A stretch of 63,589 bases of DNA, counting the filler, from Parasitella parasitica NRRL 2501 (lineage: Eukaryota; Fungi; Mucoromycota), in NCBI GenBank assembly GCA_025201805.1. It is 11 parts of 11 records of this genome, joined end to end, with 100 filler letters (N's around TTAATTAATTAA, not from the genome) between each part and the next. Parts side by side here need not be neighbours in the genome. Positions count along the whole stretch, not along the records: positions 1 to 21,956 come from MU619398.1; positions 22,057 to 25,273 come from MU619503.1; 9 more parts are not named here. One strand, 5' to 3'. Under the pieces are notes generated by a model. The model made no database searches. It saw only the letters and a list, made by a program, of their open reading frames with translations, and was not told the DNA's origin. A program made the translations under genes and the position numbers. Of the stretch, positions 12,235-25,273 are shown one piece after another. The stretch's first letter is position 1. The number at the start of each line of letters is the position of its first letter.

Positions 12235-15200
12235 ATGGTGAACGAAAAGAAAGAAGGAGCTAATACAAAGCCCACCGACGAAAAGGTTGAGGAAAAGCCA
12301 ACCAAGGATCAGAAAAAAGACAAAAACGACAAGAAGGAGCAAGAGGAGGAATTGGTAAAGTGGTTTGAGAGTGCATCTTTAGGGAAATCTTGCTAAAAAC
12401 AGATTCCATCTAGTCTGAAGAAGACCAGCAATTGAAGAATGAATTAGAAATGATGGTTGAGCGCTTGAAGGTAACATTGTTGAAGCAATTGCAATGACAT
12501 TTTAATAACACGGATGGCTCTCGTCTGTAACAAAAGGAAAACAACAAGGAATTACATCGCCCTGCACTCGAACAACTGCGCACAGCTATCCGCACTTCCA
12601 CTAGCTCAATGACCTCTGTACCCAAACCTTTGAAATTTTTGAGCAAATTTTATCCTTTGTTGAAAAAGCTTCATGAGTCGTGGTCCGAATCCCCTGACAA
12701 GAAGCTTTTTGCAGACATCTTGTCAGTGCTCTCCATGAGTTATGCGGAAGAAGGCCAGCGCGAGGCTTTGAGATATAGATTCATTGGATCCACCGAAGAG
12801 GATATTGGTTCATGGGGACATGAATACGTTAGACACTTATCAGGCGAAATTATGCAAGAGTACCAAGCTTGTTTAGAAAGTGATCAATCAACTGAAGAGC
12901 TGATTACATTATCCTTGGAAATCGTCCCCTTTTTTCTCAAGCATAATGCTGAGGCTGATGCTGTCGATCTTTTACTGGAAGTTGAATCTATCGATCAACT
13001 CACTCGTTTTGTCGATAAAGATACCTATGAGCGTGTTTGTCTGTATATGGTTGGGTAAGCAAAAAGAACAACTAAAACATATACAGGTAAGTGTCGTAGA
13101 ATCTAATATTTCTCGTTTAGCTGTGTCAATTTGCTGGCCCCTCCTGATGATCTTGAATTCCTTAAAACCGCTCGTGCCATTTATCGCCAACAAGAAAAAT
13201 ATGCCCAAGCACTTAATTTGTCTATTCGCGTTGGTGACATGGATTTGATCAAGGAAGATTTCGAGCAATGCCCTGATCCGTAAGTTGGTTTGAGAAATAC
13301 GAAAAAAGTAGAATTTAACCGACTAGCTTAATAGTTTGCTCAAGAAACAAATGGCATTCCAACTTGCCCGTCAACAAATTTATATTGAAACAAACGATGC
13401 TGATCTTAATGGCTGCATCAACAATAGCAATCTTTCTCGCTATTTTCTCTCGCTTGCCCGTGAATTAGATGTGATGGAACCAAAGGTACCTGAGGATATC
13501 TACAAGAGTCATTTAGAAAATCATAGAACTGCTTTCAGTAGCAATATCGATTCTGCTCGCAACAACTTGTCCTCTACATTTGTCAATGCTTTCGTAAATG
13601 CTGCTTTCTGTAAAGACAAGTTGATGGTGACTGAAGATGAAAGCGACTCTTCTTGGATTTATAAGACCAAGGAGCATGGTATGACCAGCGCAACTGCTTC
13701 GTTAGGTTTGATTTGTCTATGGGATATCGAGACTGGTTTGAGTTTGATTGACAAATACATGTATTCTACTGATGATCACATCAAAGCCGGTGCCTTGCTT
13801 GGTATTGGTATCCTGAATTCCGGTGTTCGCGAAGAATCTGACCCTGCATTGGCCTTACTGTCTGAACATTTGGAAAGTGGTAGTCTTTCAGTTAAGCAAT
13901 CTGCTATTTTTGGGTTAGGATCATTTGCAAAATTGTATATTACTTTTTTTTCTAATTTTCTTTATCCCATAGTCTTGGTCTTGCATACGCTGGTTCTGCT
14001 CGTGAGAAAGTTTCAGAATTGCTTTTGCCCATCGTTAGTGATACCAATCTAGCCATGGAACTTTCTTCCTTGGCTGCTTTGGCTCTTGGTTTGGTTTTTG
14101 TTGGTTCTTGTGATGGTGATATCACCAGCACTATTTTACAAACAATAATGGAACGTGAAGATATCTATCTCAAAGATTCTTGGTCTCGTTTCATGGCTTT
14201 GGGTCTTGGTCTTTTATACCTTGGTAAACAAGATGCTTCTGAAGCTACTTTGGAAACATTGAAGGCCATTGAACATCCTCTCGGTAAGCAAGCTGAAGTT
14301 TTGGTTGAAGCTTTGTCATATGCTGGTACTGGCAATGTATTGAAAGTACAAAAGATGCTTCACATGTGCAATGACCATTTGGATAAAGAAAAGGACGATG
14401 ATACCTTCCAAGGCTTTGCTACTCTTGGTGTTGCCTTGATTGCTATGGGTGAAGAAGTTGGGTCAGAAATGTCTTTGCGAACCTTTAACCATTTGATGCA
14501 CTATGGTGAGCCTGTCATTAGAAAGACTGTACCTCTAGCATATGGTCTTTTGTGTGCTTCTAATCCCCAAGTCAGTATTCTTGATACACTCAGCAAATAC
14601 TCTCATGATAACGACAGCGAGGTTGCCATCAGCGCCATCTTTGCCATGGGTATTGTTGGTGCCGGTACTAATAATGCTCGTCTTGCACAAATGTTAAGAC
14701 AACTTGCTAGTTTCTACCACAAAGATGCATCTAGTTTGTTCATGGTTCGTATTGCACAAGGTTTATTGCACATGGCTAAGGGCACAATGACATTGAATCC
14801 TTTCCATACTGATCGCCAAATTATGTCTCCTGTGGCTATTGCTGGTTTAATGACTAGTATCATTGCTTTCACCGATCACAAATCATGTAAGTGTCCATTC
14901 AATTTCAAATAGTGCCTCTTTCCTTACGGTTTTATTATTAGTTATCTTTGGTAAATTCCACTACCTGTTGTATTCTCTCGTAACTGCCATGTACCCTCGC
15001 TTCTTAATTACATTTGATGAATCTGTTGAAAGTCTACCTGTTACCGTCCGTGTTGGCCAGGCCGTGGATGTTGTTGGCCAAGCCGGTCGTCCAAAGACTA
15101 TCACTGGTTTCCAAACACATTCTACTCCTGTCCTTCTCGCCCATTCAGAGCGTGCAGAACTTGCAACTGAAGAATGTAAGTAATTATTTCTGTCAGCTTG

Positions 15201-15307
15201 TATTTATGCTAATAATCGTTTTTGCAGATATTCCTTTGGCACCTGTATTAGAGGGTATTGTCCTATTACGAAAAAACCCCGATTATATGGAGGAGGACAA
15301 AGAATAA
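12235..15307 (+). CDS. RPN1: 26S proteasome regulatory subunit Rpn1/PSMD2, multi-exon
   Basis: [95 protein letters not shown]. Confidence 0.97.
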
Positions 15308-15578
15308 AAGAACGAGGATGGCTGAACATTTATATATACAATAAAGTAGCAAAAAAAGCAAAAAGTAAAATATAAGAATCGAATGATAAGTGAGTAAATC
15401 GCCGCTTAGTGTGCATTGATGGTTACCCAAGTTATGCGCATTATTTTTCCCGATGTAAACAAGTACATGTGGAGGGTTGCCAAATGAAAAAATCAAGGCT
15501 GGCCAACACAGAAATGCCAAAATTTCAATAAAATAAGTAATGTTGCCATGATGAGTTTATTTGAATAAACAAGGGGAA

Positions 15579-16590
15579 TTATCTTGTTGAATTTAATGTG
15601 TAAGTAGTAGACATCAACTTTGCGTTAATAGGGTCTACTTTCTTATTGACCTTATCCAATTGCTTGTTTTGGCTATCAAGCTCATCATTCATAGAAGTCG
15701 CCATGGCTTTTAATCTCGTAGCTGCATCACCTAGTAGACCAAGATTATCGTTAATCTCGTCTTCCATATCGTTGTCCTCTTGATCAGCTTCGAACTGATA
15801 TCTGTTTCGATCCGATTGTGAACGATTATTATGGGAACCTTCCCCTCCTTTCAATCTCATTGCTTTTCGTTGAGCATCTTCAATACGGGCACTAGAGCCA
15901 TACTCAAACTGACAAATGTCCTCTCTCTCGTTCATATGCTCTTCATGGTTCCTTCTCGACCTCTCCATTTCCTTTCTATTCCTAGCACCTTTTGTGAACG
16001 GATTTTTGACTACAGGGATAAAAATGGAACGATTCAACTGTTTCAACTCTCCAGCTTGGTCAGCAGCACGATCCGAATATGCCTTTGATAAATCCACATT
16101 ACGATTAATATTGGCTATTTGAGCTACACAAATGTCAATATGATCTATTCTTAAAAGATGAAGTTTGCTTACTTGATTGAGTCCCCAACATGTTCATCGT
16201 ATTAGCAGCTGTACCTTCAGCTTCGCTGATTTTCTGGAGAGCATTGCGAGTACTTGCCAAGGTATCTTGCTTAACGTTGCGAATTTTATTTTGAATTTGG
16301 ATAATCTCTTGATCTTCATCACCCTCCGAGTACTTTTTTGTTCTAAATGAGTCTTGCTGTCCGCTAGAATCGTTAAGATTTTTCGGAACTTGATAGTCTC
16401 CAAATAAATCCCTTCTGTTCTGTGTTTCGTCCTTGACTTGATGAGCGACAGAGCCATAACGGCCTGCATAACTGCCCACATTAGCTGTCGACGTTTGCGA
16501 ATATTCGGTGGAAAAACTGCTTGAGTCACTGTTTTCTTCGAATGGGTTTGTGGATGTCTTGCCCTTATCCTTCTTTTTCCAAAATTTCAT
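15579..16590 (-). CDS. SEC9: Sec9/SNAP-25-like Qbc t-SNARE
   Basis: Two SNARE coils: IRNVKQDTLASTRNAL..TMNMLGTQS and YQFEADQEDNDMEDEINDNL..LKAMA..ELDSQNKQL; one coding intron. Confidence 0.85.
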
Positions 16591-16722
16591 TACTAGTATG
16601 TGTTTGTTAAACAAAAAGAGCTTGACATGTACCATCAATCTGCTGCATTGTTAAACATCCGAATGGATAACGTCACATCAGATTACATTTTTGGCACTTT
16701 TTCGCATCTGCAACTAGACGAT

Positions 16723-17948
16723 ATGACTACTACAGAACGACTATTATACAATAGAGACAAGATACCTATACTGGGCTGTATGATGTGTTGATTTATTAGA
16801 TGATATTTGATCTAAATGATGAATAAAGTAGGAACCTACAGAATGAAAACCATTCACGAGCTTCGTCCAGTCGTTTATGAAGCAATCCGCTCAGGCTACC
16901 GCTTAATAGGTCTGTGCAATTTGTCTTTTTTGATTGTTTTATCCACTCAAGAGGTCTCTTGTAGATTCAGCCACTGTTTATAGAAATGAGCATATACTAG
17001 GTCAGATCCTGAAAGAGGTATTTGAAAACCCTAGTTTTGGTGTACAGAGAAAAGATATATTCATTACCTCGAAATTGTGTATGTAACATTAAAATTTCAC
17101 AAAATATCATGTTCTAATTGTTCTAATGTCACAGCTCCACAAGATCAGGGCTTCGATGCCTGTTATCAAGGTAAGATCTTGGCTAGCTTTCTTCAAATTA
17201 CTTGACTCCATTTAACGGACTCATGCAGCTGTCAATAAATCACTTGAGAATTTCGATATAGAGTATTTTGATTTGTATCTAATTCATTGGCCAGGGTAAG
17301 GAAACTGGATGTAAATTCAATTATATGCATCTTTATTTACATTTAAATATGACGATAGCACCTCAAAAAAAAAGCTATCCGATCCTATGAATGAAGAAAA
17401 CCGTACAAACAGTTATAAAGCATTGGAAAAATTATATCAGGAAGGGAAAGTCAAGCACATTGGGATTTCAAATTACACAAAAAAGCACCTCAGTCATTTA
17501 TTGAGTGTTTGCACGGTCATTCCTCATGTGCATCAATTTGAACTTCATCCTTGTTTGTATCAACCTGAGATTTTGGATTTATGTCGTAAGCATAATATTC
17601 AGATACAGGCCTATTCTAGTTTAGGAGAAGGCTCTCTTATCAATGGCGATATAAAAGTTGATTGCTTAGACAGCATTGCTTACAAACTGAATGTATCTAA
17701 AGCATTAGTACTTTTGCGCTGGGCAGTTCAATGTGGATGGACCATTATACCAAAGTCAAAAACCGCCAGCAGAATTAGAGAGAATGCAAAGGTATTCTCT
17801 TTTGAAATTGCTAACAATGTAATGATTGAAAAATCAGTTTTATATATTTAATGTTGACTATTATAATCTATAGGATATGGACCTTCTAAACAACATTTAT
17901 ACATACGAGCCCCACCGCTTCTGTTGGGATCCCTCTCAAATCTTTTAA
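16723..17948 (+). CDS. Aldo/keto reductase, multi-exon
   Basis: IPILG..GTY, GYRLIDSATVYRNE, FITSKL, YFDLYLIHWP, GKVKHIGISNY, HQFELHP, IIPKS. Confidence 0.92.
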
Positions 17949-19287
17949 AAAATATAGTGCTGTCCAAATCTTTAACCTAGATATAGAGCTAGTAAAAATG
18001 AACGTTTGAATTGCATTATTAGATTACTGTATATATTTATTTGAGTGCGTACATGTACAAATCGTCTTTTCAAAGGCCTTGCTCATCATGATTTCAAACT
18101 GGCATGTACTTTCACAAAAAGTTTTCAGAAGCTGCAGGTTTTGGTATCTAGGTCATATTTCCAAATGCTAAGCTTGTCTGAGGACACATGATGCAAATAT
18201 CGTTTGATTTTCCATTGTGCACGAAAGTTTACTCATTTCCAACTTGAAAAAAAAAAAGAGAAACAAAAGTACTTGACAAAATACATGACATTACTAATAA
18301 TTCAATCTTTTTGTGATTTTGGTAGACGCTTTGATACGTGCAAGTAACCGCATTATACGTTTTTAGGTCTTACTTATAGTAATGGATCATAATGCTGTGC
18401 ATATAAGTTGTATACGTGAAACTTTGAATAAAAAAAACCTTTTTCTCTTGTATACTTTACTTCACATTATTTCACATGCATTTCCTCTCTGGTGTATATT
18501 TATTTATGATACAGAGAACTAGCCTTTTCACACGATTTGCATTATACCGGTATTATTGAATGTTATCCCTTTGTTTTTATAGTCGGCAAACACACTCTCT
18601 GCCGATTATATATTTTACACGTTATTGGATTCACAACAATTTGTACATATCAGCTTCGAAAATGGGTTATTATCTATTGTATAACTTTTTTATAGTTGAA
18701 AATAAGCGATATCCCGTTCAAACTATTAAAATAAAGATATATGATTTATGAAAACATCGATTCTTCTGAGAGTAAAGGGAAGTTGCTTAATGAATTTTAT
18801 TATTTTAAGATGTATATTTTGAATTTTTCAATGATATGGAATACATTCATTATGATGATATGCATTCCACTTCTAGATTTATCCACTTGTGTAGGGTACA
18901 ATTATCTAGTTGTAAAAGTGTAGATGATGTTGCCCTATGCTAATATCAGTTTGGCATTTCTAATTGCTATCTAGGTCATTATTCATTGTATAATATGCGC
19001 CAATATTACTGTAAAGTAGTAGATTGTGTTGTATCCATAGAATACCATGGTTACCACTATTTCAACTCGGTAGTCATGGCAACCGTTCCTGATCGGATCT
19101 AAGGTTAAATGGCATCGATTATTCTATCTAGCAAATAGAAGTATTCAATAGAATGTTTTGTATAAGAAACCATCTATTTGGGTTCTACTTATTCTAAATT
19201 GCGAAGCTCAACTTATCGATGAATAATTCACATTCATAACGATTAGCTGATTAAATATAGAAATAGGCCTTGCTCTGACTACTACTG

Positions 19288-19460
19288 TGTTATAATCTTG
19301 TTTGACAATTAAATGTCAAACATGACCTGATTGTATTTTATAGATTGATTTAGATAGATTTATTCTAATATAAATAGACAGCTTCTTGTCAATCAATACA
19401 TCAATAGTTTTGTATCTGGTAAACTAAGTCTTTATTACATTCTTATATTTTTATATCACA
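19288..19460 (+). mobile_element. Solo LTR with 5-bp TSD TACTG
   Basis: TGTTAT...ATCACA flanked on both sides by TACTG (19283-19287 and 19461-19465); contains TATAAATA. Confidence 0.75.
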
Positions 19461-20109
19461 TACTGTTATAGATCAGTATAAACTGATCATCACATAAAAA
19501 GAATCTCCGTAAATAGTATGAATATGAACTTCAAATTACCCCAGAATATTCCACAAAGATCACCATGCTAGCATGGATTTAAGAAGACGTAATCTAATAT
19601 CAAGAACAAATAGAAACAACTCCAACACTCGTCAAATCCGCCATTGTGTGATGGAGTACAATTATCTAGTAGTAAGGGTAGAATGATGTACTATGTTAAT
19701 GGACGGTTGGTGTATCTAATTGTTGACATTGCTATCAGGGTTATTACTTACTATATAATATATGTAGATATTATTGGACAAGAAGTAATTGACAGCAATG
19801 CGGCGATGTTTATATGAACTATAAACTTATATGTAAACAACAATCGGTAGTGACAAATCAGGTTTGCAGTGATAAGGATGATTTATAGATAATAGATTTG
19901 CTAGTATATGAGAAATGTATATGGTAATAAGCTATAGTAGCTATTACAGATATTTTCACTAACGTTCCAATATCTGGTAAAAGTTGAACCAATTAATAAC
20001 AATTGGATGTTTCATTTAAAATAAGACATCATGTAATGTGAATCATTACACATTGGTTACCTCTTTATCAATCCTTGCTGCCAAGACGTCCTAGATGAAT
20101 AATCCAATA

Positions 20110-20320
20110 TGTTATGTCAAAAGTCTGATAAAATAAATCTGCCAAAGAATTACACCTTTATTCATAATACATCTCTCGATGTATTATATACACATTCATT
20201 ACACTAGGGTTCTACTGTCTAGCTGCATAATGTAAATCATGACTACCCATGATTTACTGTAAGACCCTGGGACTGATCTGAGATCCTGATGTGAGACCTT
20301 GCCATGTTATTGATATAACA
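20110..20320 (-). mobile_element. Solo LTR with 5-bp TSD CAATA
   Basis: Reverse complement of 1-211; CAATA at 20105-20109 and 20321-20325. Confidence 0.92.
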
Positions 20321-21339
20321 CAATATAATTTAGTAGGTTCACATCCATAATCATTCACCCTTGGAAAACTAGTATAAAAAGATAGTTTTTAATTGATATT
20401 TTGATGAGTTTCATCTAAAAAATAAATAACAGTTTTAAAAAGTATTTTTTATATATTTTTTACTGGCAATTTCACACATACAATTACCTGCTGCGTGCAG
20501 TAAATTTGAAAGATTTACGAAATAAAAAAAAAGTAAAAATAAAAGCGATATGAAATTACAATTATAATTAAGTTTGGGGTTCTTTATTATAAAAGTATAC
20601 TGATCTTTTATCTAGAGAAAAACATCTTAGTATTTATAGGATTTGAATTGTTGTATATCAGTTCTTATGAATGAAGCATTGATCCTAGAGTCAATGCGTT
20701 AATTTGTCGTTGTTTAATTTCAGGTTTTAAGGAGAAGCAAATTATGCTGAATGCTTTCACCATTGATGGAGATTTGCGTAACATTGGTTGGCCGTGTTAG
20801 GATGACTATCGTCATACTTTAGTTATTCTGTTAAAGATATCCTTATCTAGAATGATGGGAAAAACTCATTGAATGACACGAGCTGCCATAATTGATATCT
20901 TTGTCATTATTATTCTTATTCTGAATGTCTATTGTGTAAGGGAAAGCACTTTGATCAGGAGTGTTTTCCTTCACACGACATTCATTGATAAGGTCTTAAA
21001 TTGTATTTGTAATTCGATTTGATTTATATGACTTAATATGTTAAGCGAACTCGAATGGCATGAAATGACTATGCGTGACATTTGAGTCTTATTTTATTTT
21101 TTTAGTTACTTGCTTTTAGTTATACCATTCCATTGCAGCTTATTCCTTGTCATTGTATACAGAGAATTCCCAATCTAATAATTGCTTAATCTCATCATGC
21201 CTTTCTGGCACAACAATATGGGGGCAGCAGATAGATCAACTAAGATCTGCTTTACTAATTCAATATGATGTGTGAAAGACTGCCAGTAATTCACATCACC
21301 ATAATGTTGGTTAACTCGCTCAGTACCTGAAATAAGCTA

Positions 21340-21682
21340 TTATTGAAGTTGTTGCAGTAGCAAATGTAGTTGATTCATGTCCATAATTGTAGATTATCAG
21401 TCATGGTTGGTAGAATATATTTTTTATAAATTTAAAATTTAAAAAAATATGAAGCAGTTATTCGACAAAGTTGAAACAAGAGCACAAGCTACTCTAATGT
21501 AGAGCAAGTATATTTATATAATTTCGAGTTGATTGCGTTGCTGACTGTCGAGAAAATTTGTTTTTTGTTGAAGTGAAAGTTTTTCATTAGGATATGGTGG
21601 TAAAAAGTGCAGAAAAAATCAAGGAAATGCGGGTATAGCTCAGTTTAAGATTGAATTTTTATTAATAGTATCTAATGCATTA
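21340..21682 (-). mobile_element. LINE 5' end remnant (5'UTR + ORF1 start)
   Basis: Close copy of 22720-23000, including the ATG (21404) of MTDNLQ.MDMNQLHLLLQQLQ. Confidence 0.65.
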
Positions 21683-22117
21683 ATCGATATGATCATAGGT
21701 TGCTATACTAAGAGAATCTATTACAATAAAAAAGTTTATAACTAGGATGTCAGATCCATTCAGGTATCATCGGGATGATAACAAGAAAGGAAATGCATAC
21801 TCGATCGTCGGAATAAACTTGAAAAAAGTTGTAATGTCAGGAAAAAGGAGTACGGGAAAAAAGATGAAGGAAGGCTGATAGAGAAGTTGTCGTGTATGAT
21901 CACAGTGCAATAGAGGAGACCTCGACCGGCATACAGCAGCACAAACAAAACTAACANNNNNNNNNNNNNNNNNNNNNNNNNNNNNNNNNNNNNNNNNNNN
22001 TTAATTAATTAANNNNNNNNNNNNNNNNNNNNNNNNNNNNNNNNNNNNNNNNNNNNACTGTCAGTATCCTATTGAGCTTCAAAAATAAAAAGAAATATGC
22101 TACAAACACCATTTCTC

Positions 22118-23000
22118 TCATGTCAGCCTAAAGTTACTCGGATCAGATGCATCACCCTTCTTGTAAATTGGGAAAACTTGACGCCACAACACTGGAGTAT
22201 ACGACCACTGATAACACAGAGTAAACAGCAAAGACAATACTGGAGCAACTTCATGTGATAAAGACTTCAACATTTCAGACTTGATGTGATCAGGACCAGG
22301 TGCTTTATGTGTCGGCAGGCGTTTAATGTATGATACAAGAGTATCCACATCAAACAAGGACATTTCCGAAGTGNNNNNNNNNNNNNNNNNNNNNNNNNNN
22401 NNNNNNNNNNNNNNNNNNNNNNNNNNNNNNNNNNNNNNNNNNNNNNNNNNNNNNNNNNNNNNNNNNNNNNNNNNNNNNNNNNNNNNNNNNNNNNNNNNNN
22501 NNNNNNNNNNNNNNNNNNNNNNNNNNNNNNNNNNNNNNNNNNNNNCCCCCCCTTCGCTTTGAGCTCCTTTGATGTCACGTGATCTAAGGCTTGAAATTTC
22601 CAGATCCTTCTGTTGTAAAAGTTTTTTCAGTTCAATATTCTCTTTTTCCAACATATCCAGACGCGACAGTATCCCATCATGTTGATTAACTCGTTCAGTA
22701 ACTGAAATAAGTTGTTGTTGAAGTTGTTGCAGTAGCAAATGTAGTTGATTCATGTCCATAATTTGTAGATTATCAGTCATGGTTGGTAGAATATATTTTT
22801 TATAAATTTAAAATTTAAAAAAAATATGAAGCAGTTGTTCGACAAGGCTGAAACTATAACAAAAGATACTCTAATATAAGGCAAGTATATTGGTATAATT
22901 TCAAGTTGATTGCGTTGCTGACTGTCGAGAAAATACGTTTTTTGTTGAAGTGAAAGTGTTTCTACCAGGATAGGGTGGCAAAAAGTGATGAAAAAACGTG
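22118..23000 (-). mobile_element. Non-LTR retrotransposon (LINE): ORF1 coiled-coil start and RT N-terminal fragment, split by a gap
   Basis: KAPGPDHIKSEMLK..LFTLC..P..WR..FPIYKKGDASDPSNFR is the canonical region preceding LINE RT; ORF1 ATG at 22780. Confidence 0.8.
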
Positions 23001-23608
23001 ATAATTGTCAAGTTCTCTTTTATGATTACCTTCGTAAGTGAGCAGGTAAGTCAAAGTGATATAAATTTGTTTGTAAATAGGGAGACTGTAAGAGCTATTT
23101 AAATTGTATATCGAGAAAATGAATTAAGATCTAGGGTAGTTGGTGTTAAATGTGAAAAAATAACAATAGTAACCAAAGTGTAGTAAAAGAAAGAAAAATT
23201 CGATATGGTTTATTAAAAATAAAATGATCGTTTTTATACGATTTCATAATGTCTATCTACATCTACATGTCTACTTTCTAAATTTCAAACTATCATAAAC
23301 TGTCAAATCGAACTGTCAAATCTCCATTTCAAAATAAAAATAAATGCCCCAGATCAAAATGTAACCATGAACTTCAACATTTAGCCATCGGCAACAATTA
23401 TATAATCCAAAATAAGAGGCTAAATTTAGATTGACCTTCACCTCAGAACACTTGAGACTCCAGAATAAACATGCATTCAAACACCATTTAAAAAATACGT
23501 ATTACTTGACTCTTCATAAATATCACGTGAAAATGAGTTGCCTTTTTGAGAAATAGTATATCGTAAGTTGAGAGAAGAAAAAATACGCATGTATCAAACG
23601 AAAGAGAT

Positions 23609-23681
23609 GCTTCCTTGGCTCAGTCGGTAGAGCGTTAGTCTCATAATCTGAAGGTCGCCAGTTCGATCCTGGCAGGGAGCA
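23609..23681 (+). tRNA. tRNA-Met (CAT), elongator type
   Basis: Acceptor stem GCTTCCT/AGGGAGC, D arm GCTCAGTCGGTAGAGC, anticodon loop CTCATAA, GTTCGATCC T-loop, downstream T-run terminator. Confidence 0.95.
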
Positions 23682-24399
23682 TTATTTTTCTTATTTAAGA
23701 AAACGTGGTGTGTGCAGATATTTCATTCTGCAGCTATTTTTTTAATGTGTCGTGATAATTGTGAATTCAATAAGGCAATTATATGTATCAGTTAAAAGAT
23801 GAGGTTTATTCAATTTGACATATGATCTACTATTTATATTGCTTTGAAGTTGAGTGACAAAACTAATGTACGACAATATCCCCTTCTCAGAAAATTGATG
23901 CAATTTTTGAGATATTTGCGAGCTGTGTAGTTCACTGAAATGTGAACTAGACTATTTACTATAATGTGGGTCAATTAGGTAAATAGGATATCGTGGATCA
24001 ATAAGTCAATAGTATAATGTGGATGAGTAAGGCAAAAATGACAGCGTTAATCAGAGAGGCAAGAATGCAATGTGGATCGATTAGGGAAGAACGAGGTGAT
24101 ACAGTATGTATTTTTAGATCAAGATGTATAATTGTTTTGGCTTGACAGGTTCATGACAGACAGAGTACAATATGAGGTTATACAACAAGGGCTACACGTC
24201 TTTGATCTGACAGTGCCTTAACCTTTATCATGGTGCTCAGATCTGTGTTACTTACAGGAATAACCTTCTTGATTTAAAACAGAGATTATTCTCCAATTTA
24301 CACAAGCGTATATCACATCACATCATTGGACAATCTTCAATCTTCGATTGAAGTACATTGCCATGGTCTCCTGTCTATAATCATGGCAGATCACAACCA

Positions 24400-24945
24400 T
24401 TATATTGAAGCCAATAAAACATCATTTGGCTGCTTTACATGACAATGAATATGACATCCATTTGAACACTTACCTAAACTGTCTTTTAGATTTAGGTTTA
24501 AAGTCTTTTATAAAGCTGCTCAAAGACCACGGTTAAGAACAACTCACAAGAAAAGAAGGCTACAAAGGGCAAAGGATAAAGTGGATTTCACTATGGATCA
24601 ATGGAGACATGTGATTTGGTCAGATGAATCAAAATTCAACATTGTAGGTATAATGATTCTGGTACTAGAGTCATCCGCCAAATCAATGAAAAGTTTCATG
24701 AAGACCATGTTATGGAGACCACAAAGTTTGGAAGTGATTCAGTAATGGTTTGGGGATGTTTTTGGGCGGGTGGATTTGGACCAATTAAAGTGATCAAGAC
24801 ACGATATGATCAGCTGGAGTATAGCAAGTGTTTAGAAGAAGTATATATTTTTTATACCACACAGCTCACTCAGAAAGAAGGAAAACCATTTATTCTTCAA
24901 GAAGATGGTGCCACATGTCATACGGGCAAGGTTACAACTGCTTAG
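24400..24945 (+). pseudogene. Degenerate Tc1-like transposase
   Basis: WRHVIWSDESKFN, KFGSDSVMVWGCF, FILQEDGATCH; frameshifts and stops. Confidence 0.8.
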
Positions 24946-24961
24946 AAAATGGTCAACCGGA

Positions 24962-25273
24962 TGTCCATGATGTGTCAATTTCCCAACCGGAAGTCAAACT
25001 CAAGTAAACTCAATCCTGAACACAATTCAGGAACATATCCCAATAGATCATGTTCCTTATTTATAACTTAACATGACATGTTCATGGGCAATAGATACAA
25101 TCTATCGTTCCACTCTCTAAATCACACCATGTCTCACACTTGCATCTTATCCTCCCATCAGTCCATTTAGATTCACTAGTATATAAACCATCATTTTTTC
25201 CATGTAATAAACGAGATCTTTACCTGATTAATTCACAACCGTTTTATTTAAATAATTTCTCATTCTTATAAAT
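24962..25273 (+). mobile_element. LTR-like sequence (runs into gap)
   Basis: Shares ATAGATACAATCTA, AGTATATAAACC and TGTAATAAACG..ATCTTTACCTGATTAATT with 34590-34850. Confidence 0.6.
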
